From Octopus sinensis (taxonomy: Eukaryota), in NCBI RefSeq assembly GCF_006345805.1, contig NC_043003.1:113646001-113710000 (forward strand): a stretch of DNA of 64,000 bases, read 5' to 3'. Positions 26,030 through 39,112 of this stretch are shown here, piece by piece. How positions within the stretch are numbered: the first letter of the stretch is position 1; every line of letters begins with the position of its first letter. Under the pieces are notes generated by a model that did not search any database, had not been told where the DNA came from, and was given only the letters and a program-made list of their open reading frames with translations. A program made the translations under genes and the position numbers.

Positions 26030-26222
26030 TATCTTTTAACACCTGGAGGTACTTTAACTGACCAAACCGATTCCAGGACTGATTGTTTTTAAAGCCTAGT
26101 CTTTACTCTGTTTAGTCAGTTGGTTCCTTTTGCCAAACTGCTAAGTTACATAAAAGACATAAAGGCATAAACATACCAGCACCAGGTTGTCAAGCAGTGG
26201 TGTGAGAAAACATAGACTCAGG

Positions 26223-26279
<57 letters not shown>

Positions 26280-26660
26280 GGCATCTTTCGGTTTCCATCT
26301 ACCAAATCCTCAGAAGGTTTTTTTGTCAGACCATGGCTATAGCAGAAGGCACTTGTTCCATGTGCCATGCATCATCATCATCATCATCATCGTTTAACGT
26401 CCGTTTTCCATGCTAGCATTGGTTGGACAGTTTGACCGGGGTCTGGGAAGCCATGGAAGCTGCACCAGGCTCCAGTCTGGTTTGGCAGTGTTTCTACAGC
26501 TAGATGCCCTTCCTAATGCCAACCACTCCGTGAGTGTAGTGGGCGCTTTTTACATGCCACTGGCACAGGTGCCAGAGCAGGCTGGCAACGGCCACGATCG
26601 GATTGGTGCTAGAACCCTGCAGATGGGAAGCAAACTTCTTTACCACACATCCATACAAAC
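26030..26660 (-). mobile_element. SINE family A interrupted by a family D element (26372-26608)
   Basis: Family A sequence stops at gtgccatg, a (CAT)n-led family D copy follows, and family A resumes at gggaagcaaacttctttaccacac. Confidence 0.7.
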
Positions 26661-26739
26661 ACACAAAACATAAACATGCAGACGGCGCATTAGCTGGACC
26701 CATAAGATTGCAATACAGAGTTAGACATCATGACCTTTG

Positions 26740-27750
26740 ACCCATTCCTAGAAGGCAATATTTTTATGTGGAAGATGCACGGGAGTCATAAAAACTACAG
26801 ATAATCAGGATCTTGATTTGCTCAAATATACTGGAGGCTCCTTAGGTAAAGGATAATTTGTACTACCTTGGCGACCTAATTGACTGTGGGAAAGGATGCA
26901 CCAAAAGTTTCATCACTAGAATAAGAATAGAATGGAGAAAATTCAGAGAGCTTTTGACCCTATTGGCTACCAAAGGCCTCTTTGAGCGACAGGGAAGATT
27001 GTATGATGCATGTATATGAACAGTAATGCTACATGGACCCTGAATGCAGAAGACAGGCAAAAGCAAGAGAGGAACGGAGCTAGTATGCACTTTTGGATGT
27101 GCAATGTCAGTGTGCATATGTGACAGAGCACTAGTGTGTACGGAGAGAAACGTTGGGCTTAAGAGGAATAAGATGCAGAGGGCACTGGTTTGGTCATGTG
27201 ATGTGTATGGATGTAGACAGTTGCATACAAAAATGTTGATTGCTTAAAGTGGATGGAACATGAGAAAGAAGGAGACCGATGAAGAATAGGACAAAGTATA
27301 GAAAGCTGATCGAGACCTTCAAAGACCGAAGTGGAGAAGGGTTCTGTGCCAATGGCGGTCGAGCATGGGTCAGTCGGTCCTAAGAAGCGGGCAAAGGCTT
27401 CCATGAAGGGCGCCGGATCCATCGAACAAAGACACTGAGCCTCATGAAGGAAATGACAAAGAACGAAGATATCTGTCACCTTGCTGTACTCAAGAAGACC
27501 CATCCACCAGAATTGAGACCAATGCTGGTGTCACAATGGAAACACTGGTGCTGGTGCCATATAGAAAACACCAGTGCTTTTGGTGGAGGGGTTAAAATTA
27601 GGAACGGCAACGAGCCAGAACAGTCAAGGGAGCCTGAAACCATGTCAGAACAGTCAAGGGCCTGGAATGGCTCCTGTCTTCACCAGCTCCAGTCAAACCA
27701 TTCAACCTCTGCCAGGATGGGAAATCGGTGCTAAATGAGGATGATGATAT
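26740..27750 (+). mobile_element. RTE-clade LINE, 5'-truncated, with 3' UTR and (GAT)n tail
   Basis: Fragments NLYYLGDLI...TRIRIEWRKFRELL.LLATKGL...GRLYDACI, WFGHVM and TLSLMKEMTKN...LAVLKKT; 3' end shared with family D elements. Confidence 0.85.
27311..27428 (+). pseudogene. 28S rRNA fragment (conserved core before D7a plus the start of D7a) inserted in an RTE LINE
   Basis: Gap-free ~100-nt colinearity with eukaryotic LSU rRNA as recalled, including the invariant blocks CCGAAGTGGAGAAGGGTTC and CATGGGTCAGTCGGTCCT. Stem substitutions keep pairing (CTGTGC/GCATGG). Confidence 0.85.
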
Positions 27751-28375
27751 ATAACAGAAGAATGGAATTTAAATTTACAGCAATTGATTCGATAGAATTC
27801 TTCATTTGATATAGTCAAAATAGATTACGTCATGCGTTATGTGGATCCCTAGGCTCATCGGACCAATCTAAACTGAATGGTTGAAAAGATTAACAAGTCT
27901 TAACTGAAACACACCACACACACACACACACACACAAACAACATATTAATAAAGAAAAAATAAAGACACTGCTTTGTGGCATCCTTTGTTGAATACAGAG
28001 ATGACAAAAGTGTTCGAGAATTTTAGTTTAATATGCAAATTACTTGGCCCCTTGCAGGAACACAACTATTCAAAAAAGAAGAGCCATGAGACTGCTTCAT
28101 CAAGATTTGCTGTTTTTCTCTTTTTCTTTTTTTTAGTATAATTAAGCAGGTGCTTTGAGACGTTAAGGTGTAAGTACGACCAGTGAACTTCATTCTATGA
28201 TCAGTCTTAATGTTATCTTTGAGTCATAACAATATAAGTAGAAATCGAATTTTTACTTTATTTAATTATCCTGTGTCAGCCATTACAGTCAAGGGCCATT
28301 TTGAAACACACACAAGATGACTACAAGGATCGTATGTATGTATATCTATCTATCTATCTATCGATATATATATAA

Positions 28376-28594
28376 GTGGAGGCGCAATGGCAGTGAATTC
28401 GTGGTCATAGGATCGCGGTTTCGATTCCCAGACCGGGCGTTGTGAGTGTTTATTGAGCGAAAACACTTAAAGCTCCACAAGGCTCCGGCAGGGGATGGTC
28501 GCGATCCCTGCTGTACTCTTCCGCCACAACTTTCTCTCACTCTTTCTTCTGTTGGCCTGCTCGCTTAGCCAGCGGGGTGGCATCATTTGAAGGC
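28376..28594 (+). mobile_element. tRNA-derived SINE, family C (tRNA-Arg-like head)
   Basis: gtggaggcgcaatgg...ggtttcgattcccagaccgggc; near-identical to 38537-38796. Confidence 0.85.
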
Positions 28595-28805
28595 GTCTTG
28601 CACTCTATCAAACGCAAATATCAAAATATAAAGTTTGGTTATTACCAATGCAGAAATAAGATCTTCGAAATAATTGACATTGCTGACACTGATTAATATA
28701 GGTGATATAAACAGTTTTCATCTTGATTTTTCTGATATACAAGAATATGGAACAACAGTCAGATTGTAGATGCTTGTTGTGCACTCTGCTGTAGGTAGTT
28801 AACCG

Positions 28806-28864
28806 GTGATTGTCACACGCTGATGACGGGTCAGTACCCAGAAACTTGGGTCCGTGTGTATCAC
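28806..28864 (+). ncRNA. Minimal type I hammerhead ribozyme
   Basis: Stem I CACACG/CGTGTG extended by GTGAT/ATCAC; core CTGATGA 28820-28826; stem II GGG-tcagta-CCC with a C.A closing mismatch; GAAA 28841-28844; helix III ACT-tg-GGT; GUC cut after 28852. Confidence 0.75.
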
Positions 28865-29100
28865 GTCATGTTGGAGGTGGGAAGGATGACTTCCCTTTGC
28901 AAATACTGATACGGCACAGAAAGTGTGTCAATAGCCAGCTGGAGGAGGTGTCTTCTTGGGGCTACAAGCTACAGTAGCATTGACCCTTAAGGGTTAGCCA
29001 CATCTAAGTGGCAAATATACTTCACAATGCCAGGCAGCTACTGTTAAAACTTCGTTCAGAGATTTATTACATATATATATATGCAAATATATATATATAT

Positions 29101-29420
29101 ATCATCATCATTATCATCATCGTTTAACATCCACTTTCCATGCTAGCATGGGTCAGACAATTTGACTGAGGGCTGGCAAACCAGATGGCTGCACCAGGCT
29201 CCAGTCTTGATCTGGCAGAGTTTCTACAGCTGGATGCCCTTACTAACGCCAACCACACCGAGAGTGTAGTGGGTGCCAGTCAGGCGGTACTGGCAATGAC
29301 CTCGCTCGAATGATATTTACACATGCCAACGGCACAGGTGCCAGTAAGGTGATGCTGGTAATGATCATGCTTGAATGGTGCCTCCTACATGCCACCGGCA
29401 TGGAAGCCAGTTAGCCGCTC
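29101..29420 (-). mobile_element. RTE-tailed element, family D
   Basis: (TCA)n gtttaacatccactttccatgctagcatggg...gctggatgccctt. Confidence 0.75.
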
Positions 29421-32027
29421 TGGTGTGTGTATGTATATACACACACATATATATACATGTATACACACACACATATATACACATGCATACATATACACAC
29501 ACACAAACACATATATATATACATGCATACATACATACATACACACATACACACACACACACACACAGAGGAGTAGTAGTAGGCATCTGTTGTTCTTGAG
29601 AGGCCATGGAACTGCATCTGAAGAAATCAAGTCAGCTGCTGCTGCTAGTGGTGCAGCAGTGTCTGTTATGGCTGTGCAAGCCCACATGGCAGTGGCAGTC
29701 ATGCATACAGCCACTGCATCTGAAAGAGCTCTTTGCCGGTGCTACTTGTTTGTCCTTCTGTTGAGTGTGCAAATTCCTATACATGTGTGTGTGTGTGTGT
29801 GTGTGTGTGATGATGGGTCAATTGAACATTTCCTGTTGACTTATTACCTTGTACCTCTTCCCACTCTTCCTATGCAGTCCCTATTTCTCCACTCCAACTC
29901 ACCTGCCTACCCCCCCACACACACACACACATTATCTTCCTTTCTGTTGGATCTTCTCCTGTCAGCTCTATTATTAGCATCCTGCTTCTCTTCACTCTTC
30001 TCAACCACCTGTCAGTCAGTGCACACTATCAATCATTGATCACCTCTAAGCAATCATTACATCTACCCCTACAACCCCACCCAATCTCAAGTCCTCATCT
30101 GCTTTCTAACCTTGCTTCCAACTCCATATTTATCACTGACCCTCCTACTCCCCTCCTCAACCCTTGGTCATCATTCAGTACTTTGTACTCCTACATATCT
30201 TTAACCTTTCGTCCCCGACTCCATCTACTCTTGTAACCATTACCCGCCTGTTCTTCTACCCCTGCAGTCCAGCCTTGCATTTCATCACCATTATCTTTAT
30301 TCTTTTTCCCAGTTCTGCACCAATTATTCCCGTCCACTTTTGTACAATTCAAGCAACCAAGCACCTCCTCTGCAACACAAAACCAGTTCCAAGCTCCTTT
30401 TTTTTTCATACTTTAACCCTTTCATTATCTTGCATAAAGCTGCATTGCTTTCTACTCAATCAAGTCCCATTCAGTCATGAACCAGCTGTCATGAAAGCTT
30501 CATGGTAACCTCACTGAAGCTGGTGCCATGAAAAATGCATCCACTACACTCTATAAAATGATTGCTTATAGGAAGGGCATCATTAAAAACCAGTGTTAAA
30601 TCAAACACTACAGCCCAGTGCAATTCCCTCAGCTTCTCCAGCCTATGCAAACTCGAAAGATTTTTTTAAAATTTATAATATATATTTTATACAAATAAGG
30701 AATAATATGTACAGTACAAATTTCTGCAATTTCAACCAATCAAATACGTCTATTGAGGTAAAAAGCATTCTGTGCTGTATGAATATGTCCCTCGTTTAAG
30801 AAACAGATTGGGTTTATTTACATTTGTGAAGAAAAAAAGATACCCTTCTCCCTAACCCTAACCTGAGAGAGAGATAGAGAGAAAGAGGGGGGGAGAGAGA
30901 TTACATTGCCCTACACATATGCACTGAAGCTGGGATTTTCATAACATATTCATTCCTCAACATTTAGAAGCAATGATGTGTTGATTCTTAAAAGTCAATT
31001 CAAAAACTGCTGCACATTCAAAGTATGCATGTGCTTGGCTCTTGTGACTACATCTCCTTCGTATGCATGCTTGCATCTCTTGGGAATAATAGATGCCAAT
31101 CAACGGATGGAATAGATAGAATCTCCACATGCATATTTGCATATCTTGGGAATTGACAAATGCCAATCAAAAGAATGAATATCCAGCGAATATCCATTAA
31201 CCTCACCAAACTGTTTCTACCCTATTCCAGATGGGTGGGGCTTTTCCAATATTGGCAACCCCTCCATCCTGGGAAACCACATATATATAAGATGTAATCT
31301 CTAACATCATCAAAGTTAAACTGATGCACAGAGTAGAGACCTAAGTAACTGTAACCATTCAATAGCAACAAGGAATTGATAATCCAGCATTCAAAATGAA
31401 TTTTGATAAGCAAAATTATTTTTAAAATTATTCAAATATTATTTCATACACCAGCAATCTTTTTCTCTGTCCTCATACCTATATAAGGAATAATGTCGCA
31501 ATTTGCAGGCTGTGCCTTTAGCTTGAATGTGCTGATGTATTTGCAAAGGATAACGAAAATTTCTTAGTGCAATCTATGGCTTTTTATCTCCCACAAAAAT
31601 GTGATCTGGACTTGATCACTCTCTTTCTCACTCCCTGTTTTTGTATATGTGTGTGTGTGTGTGTGTGTGAGTGTGTGGATGCTAGCATAACAAGAAAAAA
31701 GAAAAAAAGGGGTCATGAAGTCAAAATTTCAGTTTATGTAATGTTTCAAAGTTCATACAACTTCTGGGACTCAATGCCAGATCACTGGAATATTAACTAC
31801 AAGAGACTATGCAAGGGGAGAATTCGGCCATATCAGTTCCATACCAGTTCCATGCCAACACTTGACCATCACCACTCAATTTTGAAATTGGATTCATTTG
31901 TTGTGTGTGTGTGCATGCATGCACATGCATTCATATACATTCTTCCTTTTATGGTTCACCTTCATTTTCTTTTCTTTCCTAGCATAATGTTTTTCATTTC
32001 GACCAACAATTGGTTTTGCAGACACTA

Positions 32028-32411
32028 TGCTGGATCTTTTCAGTTTGAACGGCAGTTTTTAGCATAATTTCTAGGTAATTAAAAAATTTTAAACTTCGTA
32101 TACTGGTAGAATGTGTTTATAAAACATATTTTTCTCTTAGCTTTATTGAGAAAATTCCATAGTTTGTAAGATATTTGTTGTTTTTTTTTCTTCAATTGCT
32201 GCAATTTCAACCAATCAAATACGTCTATTGAGGTAAAAAACATTCTGTGCCGTATGAATATGTCCCTCGTTTAAGAAACAGATTGGGTTTATTTACATTT
32301 GAGAAGATAAAAAGATACCCTTCCCCCCACCCCTAACCCTAAAACAGATTGAAATGCAATAGTTCGATTCACCGCTAGAAAAAACTGCTGTTCAAACTGA
32401 AAAGATCTCGC
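32028..32411. mobile_element. MITE with ~30-bp TIRs, TA flanks and an internal CCCTAA motif
   Basis: GATCTTTTCAGTTTGAACGGCAGTTTTT (32033) / AAAAACTGCTGTTCAAACTGAAAAGATC (to 32407); the internal ~135 bp recurs at 30730-30865. Confidence 0.8.
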
Positions 32412-33503
32412 TATTTCTTCCACTGTCAGTTTAGAATTTGATTATTGTCAGTTTTTTTCTAGCAGAGCAATGCGCCTTGTTTGGATGCACAAGTGAGGTT
32501 GATATCTCAGGATACAAAGCATCTCCTGCAAAACATTAACGCTGTTTATATCTGCGCTATGTTGCTAGTCACATCTACCAATGTCCTCTGTCACTCACTA
32601 ATAGGTACCGTAGATTAATCATAGTATCATTACTGTAACTGACAAATGTTAAATTAGCATGCAGTGTTGTGTCAGTTGAATATTTTCCCAGAGATGAGGA
32701 AAAAGGTAAAAGAGTTAACGACTTGGCAGCATTAGTTTACCTTTTTTTTTTATGCAAGAAGATTATTATCAATCTGCTTATAAAATTTGCAAAATGTGAT
32801 GTTTGCATTTGAATTTTAATGAACAGAAAAGGGGATAATCAATAAAATTAAAAAATGGATAAATAAATAAAATAAAATAAATTTAATAAAATAAGAAAAG
32901 AAAAGAATGTAAATTATTTCTTCAACTTCAGTAGTTTCCTTGAAACTGTTTAAAAATCAAAACAAAAATTAGCACTAGAATTTTAATGAGCAAGAAAAGG
33001 TTAAAGCTAAAAATTATATACACATACATATATATATATATATATATGAATATATGTACGTATACATATATATGTGTGTGTGCGTATGTATACACATACA
33101 TATATAATAAAATGAATATGTATGTACACACACACATATGAAATAAAATCAAACAGCAACATAAAGGGAATATTTGCTAATCCTCAGTAGAGAAAAAAAA
33201 ATAAAAGCCCAGAATACATGAAACTATATCTAAGTTTTGAAAATGAGTGAAGTTGTGTGGCAAGAGAAATTAATACTGTTGTGAGGGAAATAGTTGCAAT
33301 TTAAAAGTTTTAATGGTGTCTGTGGATTACACAGACCCCCTTTTTTTCTCTCAATGCTTTTCTGTATTTTCCTCTTGGTTTATATTTTTGTTACTGCTTC
33401 TATGCGGGGTGGTGGAGGAGAAGATTCTCTCAGTATTTTTAACCAACTTAATCCTTACATAAACTTATCTACTGGGAAATGGAATAATGTAATTTTTATA
33501 CTT

Positions 33504-33547
<44 letters not shown>

Positions 33548-34169
33548 GATGATGATGATGCAACGGCCATAGAGAAGGGAGGGAGTTTTTAAATTCCCTG
33601 ATTTGGTAAGCAGCATCAAACCATGTTACTTAACGAAAATGTTTTGCCACAACTTATGCTCTTTATTTCTAAGACTAATTTGGGACTTCGCCCAAAGTAC
33701 TTCTGACATTTCTTGAGTTTTTATAGGAAGAAGATGTAGGTGACCATGGAGACTTCAATCCAATAAAGCTACCAATTATAAAAGTGCTAAACAATCTGGC
33801 CAGTGGGTCTTATTACTTACTGTACTGTTCTACTAATTCACAAATTGCTTCCTTACCTGTGCTAAAATCCAGAGACTTCCATTGCACTAATTCAACCATT
33901 GAACATAGCCAAACATTAGCAGACAAATAGGAAGTTAACATCAGCTCCACTAGAGTTTCAGAGAATGTCCAGCAGTAAGCCAAAGTTGCCATGGTATTTG
34001 GCTCAACTCTCTTCAACATTTCTACCATTCTGCCACCCAATCATCGGGTATAAACGACTTAAAAAAATTTTTTTTTTAATCAAACATACAACAATCTGCT
34101 ACTTAATGAGGAATGAAGAATGCAATCATTACATTCTGAAATTTGCCTCATGTTATTTATTTATGGTGA

Positions 34170-34590
34170 TCATTACCAACGTTGCCTATTCGAGCGTGAT
34201 CGTTACCAACATCGATTTGCTGGCACCTATGCTGGTGGCAAGTGTAAAAACATTCGAGTGAGGTCATTGCCAGTACCGCCTGACTGGCCCCCGTAAAAAG
34301 GACACCAATCGAGCATGATCATTACCAACATCGCCTTACTGGCACCTGTGCCGGTGTCATGTGTAAAAAGATTTTAGCGAGGTCATTGCTAGTACCGCCT
34401 GACTGGCCCCCATGCCATAGCAAATAAAAAGGGCACCATTCGAGTGTGATCATTACCAACATCGCCTTACTGGCACCTATGCTGGTGGCATGTGTAAAAA
34501 GATTTGAGCGAGATCATTGCCAGCACTGCTTAACTGGCCCCCATGCCAGTGGCACATAAAAAGCACCCACTACACTCTCGGTGGTTGGTT
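34170..34590 (+). mobile_element. Family D-related element with about three tandem ~120-bp units
   Basis: Repeating cgag..gatcattaccaacatcgccttactggcacc...gtcattgccagtaccgcctgactggcccc, ending in aagcacccactacactctcg. Confidence 0.7.
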
Positions 34591-35637
34591 GGCAGAGTCA
34601 ATGGATAGAATATTTTGTGGTATTTGTTTTGATGCTGTGCTTTCTGAGTTCAGATCCTGTTGAAGTCAGCTTTGCTTTCAACTGTCAGGACTGATCATTC
34701 AAGTACTACGGGTGGTTCTTCTCCTTCCTCTGGAAGAAATTGATGCTGTTCAAATGTTGACAAGGATAGCTCCACCAAGATTGAAAAGCCCAAGACACAT
34801 TTTATGTTATAATAACATGCTTAGGACTTCAATGGCCATGGTCAGTGCCGATATTCTTTATGTGAAGTAATTTTAAAAAACACAAAAGCATCGGAAATTT
34901 ATACATAGAATAAGGTTGAAGGCCAATAGCTACAAGCAAATGAGTTGTCTATTTAATTGGATCAGTTGAGTTGAGAACCCTATCTCCTCCACCACGTCAA
35001 AATATCACTGAAAATTACTTCATCAACTCTAGACACACCCTTCTGGTCTGGCCAATGCCACTACACTTCTCCTATAAGCTTTACATAATAATAATGAAAA
35101 CAATAATTTTAAAAAAATAAATAAACTTGTGCATAAACAAATATCAATAAAGAAACGACAAATATCAACATCTAATATAATGCCATTCCATTCTGTTCCA
35201 AACAAACCATTTAAAACAATCATTTTTGTTTGTTGGAGTTGAGGTTTTTTGGTCTTTCTTTTTTAATATTTACACATCTGGAAGCCCTTCTACACATTCT
35301 TTTACTACACAACTAAGCACTCTACAAGCTACACAATAAATAGTAATCATTTTGTGTGTGTATGTGTGTAGGGATGTTTGTATGTGTGTATACATGCATG
35401 TATGAATGTGTGTATGGTATGTGTGAGTGTATGTATGAATGTGTGTGCACATATGTAGGTGTGTAAATATGCATGTGTTCATGCATGTATGTATCTATGT
35501 ATGTATATATGTGCTTGCATGCGTGCATGCGTGTGTGTGTGTACATGAATGCATTGATGCATGCATGCATGGATCACCACAGAAGCCTAAATCTAAAAAA
35601 TTTTTTAAACCTGGAAAACTAAAAATATTCAACTAGC

Positions 35638-35673
<36 letters not shown>

Positions 35674-36365
35674 AAAGAAAACATAATCAAAAAGCAGCGG
35701 CTGTATAATAAATGTAAGTGTCCTCTTTTTACACAATTTCAAGGAATGTTTTGCTATTATTATTATTACTGTTGTTGTTATTGTTGGTCCCCCAAAAGGA
35801 GCAAATATTTAAAACAAGTCTTAGAATTTATATTTTGATTTATTGTATTTCAACTAATTAACATAACTATAGGTTCACTGTTATTCTATTTCTTCAGTCA
35901 TTTATTGACTCCTTTTAATTATTTCTTGATTGTTCTAAATATTTATTGAATACTGGTTGAGTTATCTTGTTATTAACACTGCACAGTGCAATGACGAACA
36001 TACTGAACACTTTGTTGTACACTTGACTTAATTGTAGATTTTTAAAAATCAACAGGAGTGAAGAAAAGTATAAGAGTTTTAAAGTGAAGAACTTAAATGT
36101 AGCTGTGTATGTGACAAGCATCCACTCAAGTATATTTGGGGCTGCAAAACATGTCAATATTACATCTTAAAAGGGACTAATTTTCAGTTTTTATGAGTCT
36201 ATAAAACCAAAGTATGATACTTTAAAATTAAATATTATTTTATGTCGTTTTGCATGCATGCTTTTTATATATTTTGGATCTCTTTCCTACAGTTAACTAC
36301 ACAACTGTGAAGAAAGAAAGAAATTATTTTTCGACAGTCATGTAAATAGTGCAAATATAGATATT

Positions 36366-36755
36366 TCTCTACATATAAAGCTGAAGTTGTCTGTGTGTGG
36401 CTGGTTTGGTAGCCTTCAACTAACACTATCTCCTCCGAGACCCTGCGGCGCAAGTAGACCAAAATTGAGAGTATGATAGAAAGTGGCTTGCTCTTCCTTT
36501 TGTAGAAGAAAAAATTCAAATTGGACCATGTTAACACCAAAAATTATTTACATCAAAAAGGTGCATTTTTTCTATGAAAATCCTTATTTTTAACGATTTT
36601 TTGACTGCCGTGTCACCATTTTTCGGTGTATTTCAACCAGAAAAATGTTCACTTAAAGAGAATAACAAGCTACATAATGCAAAATTTTTACTTTTCAAAA
36701 ATTCCAATTCTAAAGGGTCGAAACAAACCCAATCAACGCCGGGCAATACTACTAG
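36366..36755 (+). mobile_element. Non-autonomous Helitron
   Basis: 5' TCTCTACATATAAA; 3' accc-aatcaacgcc-gggc hairpin remnant followed by CTAG|T. Confidence 0.7.
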
Positions 36756-36955
36756 TATTTAAATATATGGCCTGCCCAGCTTACCTCTCTGAAAGATTAC
36801 AATAAATGTTATTTTGATGACAACAGAGTCATTTAAGATGGTCAAGGGAATGGCAGCTCCTTTTTGTTTTACCTTCAGACAAATCAGTGTGAGCAGAGAC
36901 AAGGCCTTGTTTAAAGACACAAATCAATGATAGTTAAATGATTTGAAACTGTATA

Positions 36956-37363
36956 GGCGCAGGAGTGGCTGTGTGGTAAGTAGCTTGCTAACCAACCACA
37001 TGGTTCCGGGTTCAGTCCCATTGCGTGGCATCTTGGGCAAGTGTCTTCTGCTATAGCCCCGGGCTGACCAATGCCTTGTGAGTGGATTTGGTAGACGGAA
37101 ACTGAAAGAAGCCTGTCGTATATATGTATATATATATATGTGTGTGTGTTTGTGTGTGTGTGTGTTTGTCCCCCTAGCATTGCTTAACAACCGATGCTGG
37201 TGTATTTACGTCCCCGTCACTTAGCGGTTCGGCAAAAGAGACTGATAGAATAAGTACTGGGCTTACAAAGAATAAGTCCCGGGGTCGATTTGCTCGATTA
37301 AAGGCGGTGCTCCAGCATGGCCGCAGTCAAATGACTGAAACAAGTAAAAGAGAGTAAAAGAGA
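36956..37363 (+). mobile_element. SINE family A, full length
   Basis: High identity to 2631-3040. Confidence 0.9.
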
Positions 37364-38536
37364 GTATACGACTGAGTGGTCAGCAGTACCTTAATCCCAT
37401 GGCCATTTGGATCAAAATTCCACAAGCCAATTTTCATTTGATGATTTGTGCAGGTCATAGACACTGGACAACACATCAGATCATTTTGGGATGCTTCCTG
37501 GAATCGGCTGCTTTAGATAATAATTACTTTGATCGAGTACTGGTGTTAAATGCTACTCAAATGTACTAAAGTCAAAAAGAAACAGAGCTTATGTCCTTAT
37601 GCTATTGCTTTTGTTGGTCAACCCCAAGCTGACCCAAATGCAGCAGGCTATGACCAAATGGTGTTAGCAAGGACAATTGCGATTTTTCTTATTTCTTGTA
37701 CATCAAGAACTACCTCATCTAATATATCCTTACCTTTTTAAGAGGACAAAGTGACACTTGACTGCTATTTCTAGTATTTAAACCAACTATGAAGAGGCCC
37801 ATTAGTTGCTTTTTTTTTTTATGGTTTCAGTCAGGAGGAAGTAACTAACTGTCGAAGGTATTGTTGTTGTTATTGTTAATGGTTGTGACAAAGGGAACCG
37901 GTGTGGTTGCATGAAAGTTTGTAGAATTTAAAGATGTTTCATTGAAAGAATAATAACATTAATATTGGTGTGTGTATTAGTGTCATAACGGTGGAGGAGG
38001 AAGAAGAAGAAGGAGGAGGAGGAGGAGGAAAAGAAGAGAAAGAAAGAAAAGAGACATGAACTAAGAATAAGATCAATTAATAAAACAAAAATCAAATAAA
38101 ATTAAAAGTAAAATTAAGATAATAAAACAATTAAAAATCAAACGATTACTTAACTAATTAAGAAGGCAATTAACAACCAGGTAAATAATATTGAAAATAT
38201 GAACAAAAGATTGCCAGTGGTCAAAACTTTAGAAGAAATAGGATACATTTGGAATGAGATAACTACTTGCAAAAGCATTTGCTGTACTTGTAAATAGAGT
38301 TGTGGTGTTTGTTGTTGGTGTTGTGTTGTTGTGTTGCAGTTCAGGATGTGATGATGATGATGTTTAATGCAGGTATTGTTCATGTGCTTTGTTTTTGTAG
38401 AGAGATTCTTCTTCTTCTTATTATTATTATTATGATTATCATTCCTTCAAGTTCCCGTTGCTTAATTTTGTTAAAGCATTTTAAGCTGATTGCTCCTGAT
38501 GTTGTTTATTGATTTAAGTAGCTTATATTGTATAAT

Positions 38537-38796
38537 GTGGAGGCGCAATGGCCCAGTGATTAAGGCAGCGGACTTGCGGTCGGAGGATCGTGGTTTCGAT
38601 TCCCAGACCGGGCGTTGTGTGTGTTTATTGAGCGAAAACACCTAAAAGCTCCATGAGACTCCGGCAGGGGATAGTGGCGATCCCTGCTGTACTCTTTCGC
38701 CACAACTTTCTCTCACTCTTTCTTCTGTTGGCCTGCTCGCTTAGCCAGCGGGGTGGCGTCATTTGAAGGCTAAAACAATGTGAAGCGCATTGTGAC
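38537..38796 (+). mobile_element. tRNA-derived SINE, family C
   Basis: A-box TGGCCCAGTGATTAAGG and B-box GGTTTCGATTCCC; homolog of 28376-28594. Confidence 0.85.
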
Positions 38797-39112
38797 TAGA
38801 TTTAGACAGTTTTAAGAATCAACAGACCCCTGGAGCATACTTTAACTCTCTTGAATTCACAAGCTCTATCTCTTCCTAATTCCCAATTCAGTTGCAATTA
38901 TGGTGTCTTTACTGATAACCTCACTTCATGCTTTTTATCTTAGTCACGATGAAGGGCTGTTGCTGCTGTTTGCATGAGACCAGCTTTGTGTAACTCTGGA
39001 GAAGTTCATATAAAATGTTCATTTTGTAGGTTAGGGTAGAAAACTTCACCACCTGATTCTGTGCTCACACTCCATCTTTTAATATAGGTTTGCTGTTCAA
39101 AAATTTAGCACT

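Noticed and set aside
28376-38796. tRNA genes at 28376 and 38537
   Set aside because: The tRNA-like heads run into ~150-200 bp of shared non-tRNA body and lack a complete acceptor stem, so these are SINEs.
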